From a virus (lineage: Duplodnaviria > Caudoviricetes), in IMG/VR virus record IMGVR_UViG_3300032330_000885, positions 1 to 59,927 of that record: 59,927 bases of DNA; one strand, given 5' to 3'. The notes beneath the pieces were generated by a model. The model was given only the letters and a program-made list of their open reading frames with translations, was not told the origin of the DNA and searched no databases. Positions 1-8,611 of the stretch are shown piece after piece (the stretch's first letter is position 1; the number at the start of each line of letters is the position of its first letter). The position numbers and the translations under genes were made by a program.

Positions 1-123
1 AAGATTGCTTAGTGCGGTTGCTGCTGATGTTGCGCCCGTTCCACCCGCCAAAACAGGCAATGTGCCAGCGGTTAAAACTGATGCAGATGTAGAATAGACG
101 GCATTATTTGCAGCGGTGAATGT
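1..123 (+). repeat. Terminal direct repeat copy 1 (assembly circularisation overlap)
   Basis: Bases 1-123 are identical to 59805-59927. Confidence 0.95.
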
Positions 124-1416
124 GGTCAAGTTGGTTCCACCATTGGCAGTTGGAAGCGTTCCCGTCACGCCAGTAGTAAGCGGCAAACCTGTAGCATTAG
201 TTAACGTGCCAGACGCTGGAGTTCCAAGGATTGGTGTAACAAGTGTCGGGCTGGTGGCAAGAACAACATTGCCTGAACCGCTTGTCGCCAGCTCCCCAAG
301 AACACCGGAATTGTCGTACAAGATACGGCCCGTTGTGCCGCCCGTGATTGTGGTGGTTCCGACAGTCAATCCACTGGCGGTTGCTGGGGATGACCAAGTG
401 CCATCACCGCGCAAGAATGTAGTGACAGATGGTGTCCCCGTTGCGCTGATACCGCCGACAGGAAGGCCAGTTGCGTTGGTTAGGGTGACAGAAGTTGGCG
501 TCCCTAGCACTGGAGTGACAAGCGTTGGGCTGGTTGCAAGAACCACATTGCCCGAACCAGTCGTTGCCTTTTCACCAATCACGCCTGAGTTGTCATACAG
601 GATTTGACCGCTTGAACCGCCAGTAATAGTGCTGGTTCCAACAACCAAAGCCGCAGACGATGCCTGCCATGTCGGAACACCGCCTGCCAATTTCAGCACA
701 TAGCCGTTTGTCCCAGCCGCCAGCTTGGCGAGCGTATTAGTAGCAGAGGCATAAACAATGTCGCCCGTAGCATAGGTAGTAAGCCCTGTACCGCCATTTG
801 TCGTAGGGAGCGTTCCAGTTACCCCTGTTGTAAGAGGTAGACCTGTAGCATTGGTCAACGTGCCAGAAGTGGGCGTCCCAAGGATCGGCGTGACCAGTGT
901 CGGGCTTGTCGAAAGGACATTGTTACCTGACCCAGTGCTGGTGGTCACACCCGTGCCGCCATTTGCTACAGCAAGTGTCCCAGCCAGCGTAATTGTCCCC
1001 GTGGTCGTAATAGGCCCGCCACTGGTCGTTAGGCCAGTAGTGCCACCGCTTACTGCAACGCTAGTCACCGTGCCAGTGGAGCCGCCTGACAGGGCAATAC
1101 TGATGCCGCCAGATGAGTTGGTAACCGAAATACCGGAGCCAGCAGTGAGTGTAGCAAGCGTATAACCCGTGCCATTACCGATCAAAAGCTGGCCGTTAGT
1201 GGGGGTAGAAGTAAGCCCCGTGCCACCGTATGACACACTAATTGCAGAGCCAGCCCAAGTGCCGCCCGTGACTGATACGTTTGTCAGTGGGTTTGTGCCA
1301 GCATTAATGCCATTAATAGCTGCGGCCAGCACATTGTAGTTAGCATCAAGGTCACTTGCAGGAACAAGGCCGCTCATTGTCCCAATAGTGTATGGCAACG
1401 TAACTGGAAGCGACAT
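1..1416 (-). CDS. Gly/Thr-rich tail fibre-like protein, 5' part; wraps through the origin to a stop at 59751
   Basis: ATG at 1416 (MSLPVTLPYTIGTMSG...). The frame continues into 59804-59751, ending GKAIAMAIVFGG*. About 489 aa with LPxxNGGTG and SPTLVTPxLGTP fibre repeats. Absent from the ORF track. Confidence 0.8.
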   Translation of the reverse strand, partial: MSLPVTLPYTIGTMSGLVPASDLDANYNVLAAAINGINAGTNPLTNVSVTGGTWAGSAISVSYGGTGLTSTPTNGQLLIGNGTGYTLATLTAGSGISVTNSSGGISIALSGGSTGTVTSVAVSGGTTGLTTSGGPITTTGTITLAGTLAVANGGTGVTTSTGSGNNVLSTSPTLVTPILGTPTSGTLTNATGLPLTTGVTGTLPTTNGGTGLTTYATGDIVYASATNTLAKLAAGTNGYVLKLAGGVPTWQASSAALVVGTSTITGGSSGQILYDNSGVIGEKATTGSGNVVLATSPTLVTPVLGTPTSVTLTNATGLPVGGISATGTPSVTTFLRGDGTWSSPATASGLTVGTTTITGGTTGRILYDNSGVLGELATSGSGNVVLATSPTLVTPILGTPASGTLTNATGLPLTTGVTGTLPTANGGTNLTTFTAANNAVYSTSASVLTAGTLPVLAGGTGATSAATALSNL

Positions 1417-1450
1417 TAGAAATCTCCTGCAACGTCATCAACATACATGA

Positions 1451-2293
1451 TCATGGCGTAAAACTCCAGAGGAGAACATCGCCACCATTGTTTGTGAAAT
1501 AGATAGGTTGATTGCTGTTGTTGATAAAGAAATACGGCGTTGACGCGCCCTCTGCTTTGATAATGTCCACAATCGGGATTTTGATGTAGCCGAATGGCAA
1601 GCCAACAGAGCATGTCGCTACCCGCGTAGTGCCCGTTAGATATGACCCTGCGCTGATGAATGGGATAATTTCATAGCTAAATGCCGTTGCACTTATAACA
1701 GTGACGCTGAAAAAGCCCATGATTTGATTACTTGATGTACCATAAATAGACACTTGATCATTGTCAGACAGGCCATGCGCCGCCGAGCATGTTACCGTAA
1801 CAACATTTGTTCCGGTTGAAGTGATCGACATTACAGGCAGCAAAATGTCAAAATGAACCGAGCCATTCAACGGCATAACGGCCCCAGGCGCGAGGCCCAA
1901 TGGAGGCCCAACTGGCTGTGCAGTGATGTTAATGCCATCTTCTGTTGTCAGTGTGTCCCCATGAGGAATAGGAATCCCTGTGGTGACATCATATGTGGTT
2001 GGCGTTTGCGCTGTAATGTAATCCGTTTCAGCCGTCACAAAATCTTGAGTACGCGCATTCATAATTGGCGTTGGATCGGCAGGTAGAACGATTGCACGAA
2101 GCTGGGTTTGCGGCTTGTCATTGCAAGGGGCGCAGACAAGAATGCGCTTATTGATCAGCGACGCGCCAGCCCAATCAAACTGCCAAGACAAATCAACATG
2201 GTTATAGCGAAACCCGCAACGGTCACATATCGCGTGTGCTTGCGGGTTCGTTGCGCTAGTTCTTGCCCTACCAGAGCGTGAGGCGTAGCCCAT
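1451..2293 (-). CDS. Conserved virion-module protein with N-terminal CxxC...CxxC motif and beta-rich C-terminal domain
   Basis: AICDRCGFRY...ILVCAPC; lies directly after the head-tail adaptor gene. Confidence 0.75.
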   Translation of the reverse strand: MGYASRSGRARTSATNPQAHAICDRCGFRYNHVDLSWQFDWAGASLINKRILVCAPCNDKPQTQLRAIVLPADPTPIMNARTQDFVTAETDYITAQTPTTYDVTTGIPIPHGDTLTTEDGINITAQPVGPPLGLAPGAVMPLNGSVHFDILLPVMSITSTGTNVVTVTCSAAHGLSDNDQVSIYGTSSNQIMGFFSVTVISATAFSYEIIPFISAGSYLTGTTRVATCSVGLPFGYIKIPIVDIIKAEGASTPYFFINNSNQPIYFTNNGGDVLLWSFTP

Positions 2294-2302
2294 TCAACGC
2301 TC

Positions 2303-2995
2303 CTAACGGAAATACCCAGAAATCATGGGAGTAATGTATTGCTGCGCCTGTTCAATATTTTGTTCAGATGCGACCGTATAGGCTTCATCAGCCAATGGTT
2401 TCAGCATCTGAACCTTGTCCGGCGACCAAATCATAGCAAGTCGTTGCGCCAGCCCTAGAGCAAACGCCTCCAGCCACAAATACGGAATTTCTACGGTTTG
2501 CCCGCTGGTTAATGCAGAATCCTGAATGCGCCGCACGCGGTAGTATTTCAGATATTGTGCGCTAGAGCCATCAGGGACGGGCCACAGCGTTACAGTTGGG
2601 GAGATCAAACGATCAAACCAGTAAGTGGTTGTAAAGCCCTGCTGCTCTTTATTGGCGTAAGAAGCGTACTCTGTGCGGGATATGGGCAAGATAATACGGT
2701 CAATTGGTGCGCCATTACCGTTGTCAATTTCCATATACGCATCAAGAATCATGACCGTATCGGCATCAACCGAATATGTAGCTTGACCCTGCACCAATGG
2801 CACCGAGATCAAATCAACGCACCACAAGTTGACCCCTTGGTTTGCCCACCGCGCCAACATGAGGTTGGTGGCCATACGCGCACTTTCCATATGCTCTTGC
2901 AGCAGGCTAGTATTCCGCAACCCGCACAGGTTGTACGAGTAGAGGGTCAGCTCACCGAGCGACGGATTGAACGTGTATGTGCCGGATGTGGTCAT
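2303..2995 (-). CDS. Head-tail adaptor / tail tubular protein (P22 gp4-like)
   Basis: MTTSGTYTF start, WANQGVNLW and LWPVPD motifs; position downstream of capsid genes. Confidence 0.7.
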   Translation of the reverse strand: MTTSGTYTFNPSLGELTLYSYNLCGLRNTSLLQEHMESARMATNLMLARWANQGVNLWCVDLISVPLVQGQATYSVDADTVMILDAYMEIDNGNGAPIDRIILPISRTEYASYANKEQQGFTTTYWFDRLISPTVTLWPVPDGSSAQYLKYYRVRRIQDSALTSGQTVEIPYLWLEAFALGLAQRLAMIWSPDKVQMLKPLADEAYTVASEQNIEQAQQYITPMISGYFR

Positions 2996-3004
2996 TTCGG
3001 CACC

Positions 3005-3352
3005 TTACAGCGGTACGTTGCTGAACTGGGCAATCGTCATTTTGGTTGAGCCGCTGCCAGAAGTCTGCTTGATGCGGACGAAAATCGGCGTGACAGCAAA
3101 AACACCCGTGGCATTTGCCGTTTTGGCTACCAAATTGGTATCAATGGCATTAATCCACACCATGCTGGCCTGCGCCACAGGATATGTTGGATCGTTTGGG
3201 TCATCCATCGACGTTTCGACGGTAAAGTTTACTGTGCCCGTGACAGTCACCTGAACGGCAGACTGCGCGTTTGCCCAACTATCCATGCGAACGGGGCGGC
3301 TGTAGGTGGTGCCAGCGGTGGCATCCGTGGTGGTTACAGTAATTGGCTGCAT
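3005..3352 (-). CDS. Putative virion structural protein (beta-rich)
   Basis: ATG at 3352 (MQPITVTTT), directly after the upstream stop; co-oriented with the late operon. Confidence 0.7.
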   Translation of the reverse strand: MQPITVTTTDATAGTTYSRPVRMDSWANAQSAVQVTVTGTVNFTVETSMDDPNDPTYPVAQASMVWINAIDTNLVAKTANATGVFAVTPIFVRIKQTSGSGSTKMTIAQFSNVPL

Positions 3353-3353
3353 G

Positions 3354-3515
3354 TTAAGACCCTTTCTTTGCGGCGCGGACGTTATCGACCAGATTTGGAT
3401 ATGGTCTACCCGCAGCCCGTGCCATTGCTTTTGCTTTGGCAATTTTCTGACGGTTCAGATGCTTATGTGTAGCATCTTTCGGAGCGTCTTTATCCCAGAA
3501 AGGTTTATCACCCAT
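3354..3515 (-). CDS. Small basic phage protein (53 aa)
   Basis: MGDKPFWDKDAPKD...AKAKAMARAAGRPYPNLVDNVRAAKKGS*; fills the gap between neighbours; below the ORF-track cutoff. Confidence 0.7.
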   Translation of the reverse strand: MGDKPFWDKDAPKDATHKHLNRQKIAKAKAMARAAGRPYPNLVDNVRAAKKGS

Positions 3516-3516
3516 A

Positions 3517-3756
3517 TCAGCAATCCCACTTCCGTAAAGACTTATTAATGCGGCTGTCTGGATCAGCGGCCTTGGCCGAACCCGTCAACTTCCGCTTCAT
3601 GCCAGTCATTCTAGCACAGAAACTGTCTTTGCGCGAACCACCTTCTGGCTGTGGCCGCTTTATATTATGTCCCTCAGCCTTCAACGATGCTCGGCCCTTG
3701 TCATTCAGGCCACCGCTCGGAGACTTACCTTCTTTGCGCGTCCATGCACCAGACAT
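3517..3756 (-). CDS. Small basic conserved phage protein
   Basis: AWTRKEGK..GGLN.KGRAS...SFCARM...SRINKSLRKWDC, a motif set I recognise from aquatic phages. Confidence 0.75.
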   Translation of the reverse strand: MSGAWTRKEGKSPSGGLNDKGRASLKAEGHNIKRPQPEGGSRKDSFCARMTGMKRKLTGSAKAADPDSRINKSLRKWDC

Positions 3757-3768
3757 AATACCCCCCAT

Positions 3769-3796
3769 AAAAGAACGGGGGCTTTTGGCCCCCGCC
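3769..3796 (-). terminator. Rho-independent terminator
   Basis: CGGGGGC-CAAAA-GCCCCCG followed by TTCTTT on the minus strand. Confidence 0.65.
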
Positions 3797-3800
3797 TTTG

Positions 3801-4061
3801 TTACTTACCGCTAAAGCCAGGGCGCATGGTTCCGCTTGCAGCAGAAGACATAACGCTACCACCCGACTTGCGTGGCATACGGCCTGCATGGGCAGAAGAC
3901 ATTACGCCTTTTGCTTTGCCGACCGACTTTTTGGCTTTACCGCCGCTTTTGAAGCCGTCCTTCATATCATGAAGTTCCTTCGCAGCATTGGAATTACCAC
4001 CAGCATAGGCAGTGCCCACTGGCTTATCCTTGGCTTTCACGCCGACTTGTTTACCCTTCAT
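3801..4061 (-). CDS. Small Lys/Gly-rich protein with xKSGG motifs
   Basis: 86 aa; FKSGGKA and RKSGGSV; GGAGG RBS upstream. Confidence 0.75.
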   Translation of the reverse strand: MKGKQVGVKAKDKPVGTAYAGGNSNAAKELHDMKDGFKSGGKAKKSVGKAKGVMSSAHAGRMPRKSGGSVMSSAASGTMRPGFSGK

Positions 4062-4080
4062 AAGAGCCTCCTATGGCCAG

Positions 4081-4533
4081 TTAAGCGTTTTCGGCTTGGA
4101 TGTAACGGACGACAAGATCGCCCACACCAGAGCCAGTGTTGGTGGAAAGAGCATAAACGATCACATCGGTTGCGCCGACATTTGACCAAGTTGCTGTGCG
4201 GGTTGCATCGGTGCCAGGGGTCAAAGCAGTCAATCCAATAGCGGAAAGGCTTTGGGCCGAAACCAATTCAGTGGAAGTCGCGGAGGTGCCGAGACTAATG
4301 TTGGAGGATGCGCCGCTCCAGCCAACAGTTGCCAAAACCTGAATATTCACGATGTGGCTGTATGCTGGAATGCAAATGGCGGTTGCCGTAGCTGTTGCCG
4401 TTCCGGCCTGAGTGATCGGAACAGTCTGCACCATCATGGTAAAGCCAACATTCTTAACGCTTCCGGCGGTGGTGCCAGTGGTGTTTAGAACATTGCCTGC
4501 CTTGATGGGGCCAGTAAATGTAGATATTCCCAT
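4081..4533 (-). CDS. Putative capsid decoration/cement protein
   Basis: MGISTFTGPIKAG start after CAGGAG; beta-rich; near the major capsid gene. Confidence 0.65.
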   Translation of the reverse strand: MGISTFTGPIKAGNVLNTTGTTAGSVKNVGFTMMVQTVPITQAGTATATATAICIPAYSHIVNIQVLATVGWSGASSNISLGTSATSTELVSAQSLSAIGLTALTPGTDATRTATWSNVGATDVIVYALSTNTGSGVGDLVVRYIQAENA

Positions 4534-4539
4534 GGGAAT

Positions 4540-4598
4540 CTCCTGCATGATAAGATTGCGCTGTCTATGCAGAGTCCCCTCGGCGGGTCAACGCAATC
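4540..4598 (-). ncRNA. Candidate cis-regulatory pseudoknotted leader RNA
   Basis: 10-bp stem GATTGCGTTG/CAGCGCAATC. Loop CTGCAT is complementary to downstream ATGCAG, which overlaps the RBS. Confidence 0.5.
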
Positions 4599-4600
4599 AA

Positions 4601-5062
4601 TTATCCGAGATGGTAAGTCAGATATTGTATAGCGGCAAGAAGAACCTTAGGATCATCTTTCAGCTTTCCAATTCCTGTATTGCAATCAGAACACAACAAC
4701 CCTCTGATTCCGCCAGATTTATGGCAATGATCAACGGCAAGAGCTTTAACCTTACCCAATCTGGTAGCTGTCTCAGGTTGGTTACAGATTGCACAAAGGC
4801 CGTTTTGAGATTGAAGCAATTCAGAATACCTTTCTGGGGTAATTCCAAATTTTCTTTTTCTCTCGCCATCGCTTAGTGCTTTTCTGTTTTCTTCCCGATA
4901 CTGCTTTTGCCAACCACGCAGCTTTCCAAGTCTATCAGGATTATTTTTTATGCGCTCTGTCGAGCGTTTTTGAATAACCTTGATTTTTTCTGGGTTTTCC
5001 CTGCGGTATTTTGCAGTTCTTTCCCTGTCTTTTCGTCTGCGCTCATCAAGAGTATGTGTCAC
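4601..5062 (-). CDS. Endonuclease VII-family (His-Me) free-standing homing endonuclease
   Basis: Q.G.CAIC...LAVDHCH.SG.IRGLLCSDCNTGIG motif; basic helical N-terminus; inserted after the capsid gene. Confidence 0.88.
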   Translation of the reverse strand: MTHTLDERRRKDRERTAKYRRENPEKIKVIQKRSTERIKNNPDRLGKLRGWQKQYREENRKALSDGERKRKFGITPERYSELLQSQNGLCAICNQPETATRLGKVKALAVDHCHKSGGIRGLLCSDCNTGIGKLKDDPKVLLAAIQYLTYHLG

Positions 5063-5068
5063 TTGCTA

Positions 5069-5119
5069 TCTCCCCCAATACTGTATTGTTATACTATATC
5101 GGGGGAGAATTTTATTCAA
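5069..5119 (-). promoter_or_regulatory. Sigma70-like promoter embedded in an RBS-sequestering hairpin
   Basis: TTGAAT-N17-TAGTAT; 12-bp stem TCTCCCCCGATA/TATTGGGGGAGA covers the RBS. Confidence 0.6.
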
Positions 5120-5124
5120 GGATA

Positions 5125-6036
5125 TTAGCTTGGGAGCGATCCCCAAATGGACCGCCAATTATAATATCCAAAAGAGTAACGCTCGTAGCCCTTAACCAGC
5201 AAGTTATCTGTCGTAAAATCGACTGACATATCAGTTTCAAATTTGACACGCTCCATATAGGAGAGACCGTCAATATTCGTAAGCAAGAACCAAGCAGTTG
5301 CAGAGGTCAGATAGTCGTTGACCATGTAACCTTCAGGTAAACCACCTGCGGTTGTCATAATGGCGTTGACATCGTTGTCTGAGGTACCTGGGCGCAATTC
5401 AGTCTTAAGAAGACGGATTGCAATAGGTTCCAACTGCGGAGGCACAACCAACTTACGGCCACGAGCGAAGACCTTCAGGCCCGCCTGATCGCGGAAGTTG
5501 GTACGGATTGCAATCATACCAGCCAGCAGGGACGACTCGTTCAAGTCGATCTGAGTAGCAGGAGTGTTTGGAATCACACCGCCGTCGATAGGGTGGGATG
5601 CCGAAATCAGAGCCACACCGTCACCGCCGACCGAGGCGTTGTAGGTGGTGGATGTGTTCAGCACGTTCGCGCCGTAGATTTCCTTGGTCTGGGAGAAGCT
5701 CTCCATCAGGCCGAGGTTCGATGGCTTGAACTGGGTTTTGTACAGGTTGTCGTCAACAGCTTTACGAGTGATCGCATAGCCGAGGCCGATTTCTGTATGC
5801 TCTTGGTTGTAGACGTAACGCTCGCCAGCCGAGTTATCGAAAGCGGTCTGACCACCTTCGGTTTTCAACTGAGCATAACCAAGGAAGCGCATTTCAGCGG
5901 TGCGTTCCAGAGCCATTTTCGAGTCGTGCTTGGTGAAGATTTTGTCGTACTGGGCAGGAATCTGCTCGTACTTGCCTTCAATTCCACGGAGGCCGGGGAG
6001 CAGAAGGTCTTTAATGGCACTAAGATTAACAGCCAT
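5125..6036 (-). CDS. Major capsid protein
   Basis: 303 aa; LLPGL N-terminus, DGVALISASHP, ERYSFGYYNWR C-terminus; follows the scaffold region. Confidence 0.92.
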   Translation of the reverse strand: MAVNLSAIKDLLLPGLRGIEGKYEQIPAQYDKIFTKHDSKMALERTAEMRFLGYAQLKTEGGQTAFDNSAGERYVYNQEHTEIGLGYAITRKAVDDNLYKTQFKPSNLGLMESFSQTKEIYGANVLNTSTTYNASVGGDGVALISASHPIDGGVIPNTPATQIDLNESSLLAGMIAIRTNFRDQAGLKVFARGRKLVVPPQLEPIAIRLLKTELRPGTSDNDVNAIMTTAGGLPEGYMVNDYLTSATAWFLLTNIDGLSYMERVKFETDMSVDFTTDNLLVKGYERYSFGYYNWRSIWGSLPS

Positions 6037-6049
6037 GGTACCTTACTCC

Positions 6050-6631
6050 TTAAATACCAACAAGCGTCTTGGAAGTAACGCTGTTGAAGGCCACGATTGC
6101 AAGATTGTAAGCACCAGCCTGCGTGCCAGGGGCACCAGGAGGGTTAGTTACAAGCCCAATGACACGGAATGGCAGGGTTGTGGTGGAAGCACTGAGGGTC
6201 GATACATCAATGTATGCGCCCGAAATGCCCGAAAGGGTATTAGGGGTACCAATGGCATAACCAATGTTCGCGCCAACGCCAGCCTGAGTCAGGCCAGTAG
6301 CGTCAGTCTGAGCAACGAATCGTGCATTGGGATCATTGACGTAATAGCTGGTCACGACATTGCCGGAAGCAACATCAGAACCGGGCCAATAGTTCGACCA
6401 CACGGTACGCTTCTGCGAAACCGAGAGATACTGACAACCGACGAACACGCCAGCAATAGTTGCCGAACCCGTACCAACAATGATCTGACCATTGGTATCA
6501 AGCTGACAAGGATCGCCGAAATAAATTGCGGTTGCGTTATAAGCCGTCTGTCCAGCAAGCTGTTCATAAGTCGGAGCCGACCCGTTGCCGCTGTACTGAC
6601 GGAAGCCGAAGGGCGCGTTTGTATTCGCCAT
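6050..6631 (-). CDS. Capsid-associated (decoration-like) protein
   Basis: MANTNAPFGFR start; GVFVGCQY and YVNDPNARF motifs; immediately upstream of the capsid gene. Confidence 0.75.
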   Translation of the reverse strand: MANTNAPFGFRQYSGNGSAPTYEQLAGQTAYNATAIYFGDPCQLDTNGQIIVGTGSATIAGVFVGCQYLSVSQKRTVWSNYWPGSDVASGNVVTSYYVNDPNARFVAQTDATGLTQAGVGANIGYAIGTPNTLSGISGAYIDVSTLSASTTTLPFRVIGLVTNPPGAPGTQAGAYNLAIVAFNSVTSKTLVGI

Positions 6632-6655
6632 TTGGAAACTCCTGTCGGAGCGAAT

Positions 6656-6719
6656 TTCCTATCCACGCAACTGGGTGGGGGAACATTCAAGATTAAATGG
6701 ACTTCCACAACGGGGGAAG
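6656..6719 (-). promoter_or_regulatory. Twin leader hairpins with near-identical 8-nt loops
   Basis: CTTCC-CCCGTTGT-GGAAG and CCAC-CCAGTTGC-GTGG. Confidence 0.45.
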
Positions 6720-6748
6720 CTGTCGATTACATTACTATGATTTCGCAC

Positions 6749-6782
6749 AAAAGAAAAGGGGGCCAAAATGGCCCCCTCTTTT
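6749..6782 (-). terminator. Rho-independent terminator
   Basis: AGGGGGCC-ATTTT-GGCCCCCT followed by TTTCTTTT. Confidence 0.8.
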
Positions 6783-6783
6783 A

Positions 6784-7326
6784 TCACTTATCTGGGATCG
6801 GCATTGGCTCAAAGCCCTTGCTGATCTTCGGTTTTACTTGTGCGTGGTCTCGATGCCCAAGGCCACCATCTGGAACCCCTGCAAGCTGCGCTTCTTTTGC
6901 ACGAACCTGACCCAGAGCATTGCGACGGTCAATTTCACGCGAGCGTTCCACCAGAAGGGTTGGGCGTTCCATCAAAATGTTGCCCTTACGCATAATGATT
7001 GCTTCAGATGAACCGACAGGCATTGTTTCAGGGTGACGCGATGCAGGCACTGGCTCCCAACCCATCTGACGCAGGTAGACCTGATAGGCGGGGTCTTCCA
7101 TGTTGTGGGTGGTGTGACGCTTCCATTCGTAGGTCCACCCGTCAGGCGCGGGAGGCGCACGAAACTCGTCCGTACCCTCGTCGATGCCATCATTGTTTGC
7201 TAAGACTTCTGCGGCACGACGAGCGGCGCGAGCGCGTGAATCTTCTTCTTTCACTGGCTCAGGCCGAACTGGTGCGCGGGCTGGTGTCGAGCGGCGAATA
7301 CCGCCCATATCGTTTTCGATGTCCAT
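6784..7326 (-). CDS. Conserved head-module protein
   Basis: PDGWTYEWKR...GWEPVPASRHPE...LMERP motifs; between scaffold and capsid genes. Confidence 0.75.
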   Translation of the reverse strand: MDIENDMGGIRRSTPARAPVRPEPVKEEDSRARAARRAAEVLANNDGIDEGTDEFRAPPAPDGWTYEWKRHTTHNMEDPAYQVYLRQMGWEPVPASRHPETMPVGSSEAIIMRKGNILMERPTLLVERSREIDRRNALGQVRAKEAQLAGVPDGGLGHRDHAQVKPKISKGFEPMPIPDK

Positions 7327-7328
7327 GA

Positions 7329-8216
7329 TTAATGCCTCGTTTCTTGTCCACGACGAACTTGTTCCATGTATTCGGCTTCGGTCATACCCGAAATCTCAGC
7401 GGCTTCTTTCTGTGCTGCCGTGAGCCGAATGGCGTTCCTGCTGGTAGAGCTTGACCCTGCCGTGCGGGATGTCGGTGCAGCCGAAGGGGCTGATCGACGT
7501 TGTGTTGGCGCAGATGCCTCTGACATTGCGTCTCCGTCATCGCCGCGAAGGCCAAGACGGTTTTCGACATAATCGAAGTATTCTGGAGTGTCAGCTTTGT
7601 AGCCTTCATCCATCGCTTCTTCGTGCGCTCTGGTCATCTTTCTGAACAGCCGTTGATCTGTGACATATTCAGGGTGTGCACGAACCCAATCGGCAGATTG
7701 ACGCGACAATTGTGACGCGATTTGTTCAACAGGGTCCATAGGAGGGCCGTCAACACGCGGCTTCGGCGTTGTTTCCAGCTTGTTCTTGTAGCTTTCAAGC
7801 TCACGCAAGTTGGTTTTTGACTCAAAAACCACCTCATCAATCTCGGCAACCTTGTCATAGTCGCCGACAGCCATTGCCTCGACCTTCTGCTGCCGCAGAA
7901 TGTTCTGCTGCCGCTTTAGTTCGTCGATTGCACTTGCCACAAGGTGAATATTGGTATCGTGCGCGTCTGTGTTTGCCCGATTTGCATGCTCTGCAATCTC
8001 GCGGGCATGGTTTTCAGCGGCAATACGAGCCGCCTTTTCGCGGTCAAGCTGTTCACGAAGCTCGCTGATACCAACTTCAATGGGAAGTTCTTTTGGTGAT
8101 GCTTGGGCAACAGGCAATTCTTCCTGCGGCTGTTGCAAAAGGTCTACTTCTGGAGCGTCTGGCTCAAGAAACAGATCAAGTTCTTTCTGTTCACTCATGA
8201 TTATGGTCCTCACCAC
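7329..8216 (-). CDS. Capsid scaffolding protein
   Basis: Acidic N-terminus, coiled coil, Ser/Ala/Pro linker and C-terminal IRLT..Q..AA...GMT..EY helix pair; upstream of the capsid gene. The true start may be a few codons downstream. Confidence 0.75.
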   Translation of the reverse strand: MVRTIIMSEQKELDLFLEPDAPEVDLLQQPQEELPVAQASPKELPIEVGISELREQLDREKAARIAAENHAREIAEHANRANTDAHDTNIHLVASAIDELKRQQNILRQQKVEAMAVGDYDKVAEIDEVVFESKTNLRELESYKNKLETTPKPRVDGPPMDPVEQIASQLSRQSADWVRAHPEYVTDQRLFRKMTRAHEEAMDEGYKADTPEYFDYVENRLGLRGDDGDAMSEASAPTQRRSAPSAAPTSRTAGSSSTSRNAIRLTAAQKEAAEISGMTEAEYMEQVRRGQETRH

Positions 8217-8602
8217 ACTTGATCAGGGTCAGGAATGCGGACCCGAACGCTTATATCGTCGATAATCCGGCAAAGAACGCCGTTAATTGTAATGTTCCAG
8301 CCGTCAGACGGGCGAAACACTACCCACTCGTGGTTATCGACGGACATACCGTCAAACCACTTGCCTTCAGGGTCCACAAAAGCTGACGGACCTTGTTTGA
8401 CGACCAACCCAACCTTGGATTGATAGCGATCTTCCTTCAAATGCTGATCAGGCATGATGAGGCCGCTTTTTGTCTTCTCAGGGCGAAGATAAACGGCAAC
8501 CAAAAGCTGATTGTTAAAGATGTCGATGCTAGAAAGGTCGCCAATTTCATCCAAAATAACTTTTTTTGGATCGACATTGTGTTCCATTTTCATAAAACTC
8601 AT
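8210..8602 (-). CDS. groES: Co-chaperonin GroES-like protein
   Basis: EKTKSGLIMPD mobile loop and GLVVKQGP motif. Confidence 0.8.
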   Translation of the reverse strand: MSFMKMEHNVDPKKVILDEIGDLSSIDIFNNQLLVAVYLRPEKTKSGLIMPDQHLKEDRYQSKVGLVVKQGPSAFVDPEGKWFDGMSVDNHEWVVFRPSDGWNITINGVLCRIIDDISVRVRIPDPDQVW

Positions 8603-8611
8603 GATTACCCC

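Noticed and set aside
116-1165. Val/Pro-rich plus-strand ORFs
   Set aside because: Mirror translation of the Thr/Gly-rich minus-strand fibre gene
5593-6910. Plus-strand ORFs of 161 and 336 aa
   Set aside because: Antisense to the capsid genes; the longer one also crosses a terminator
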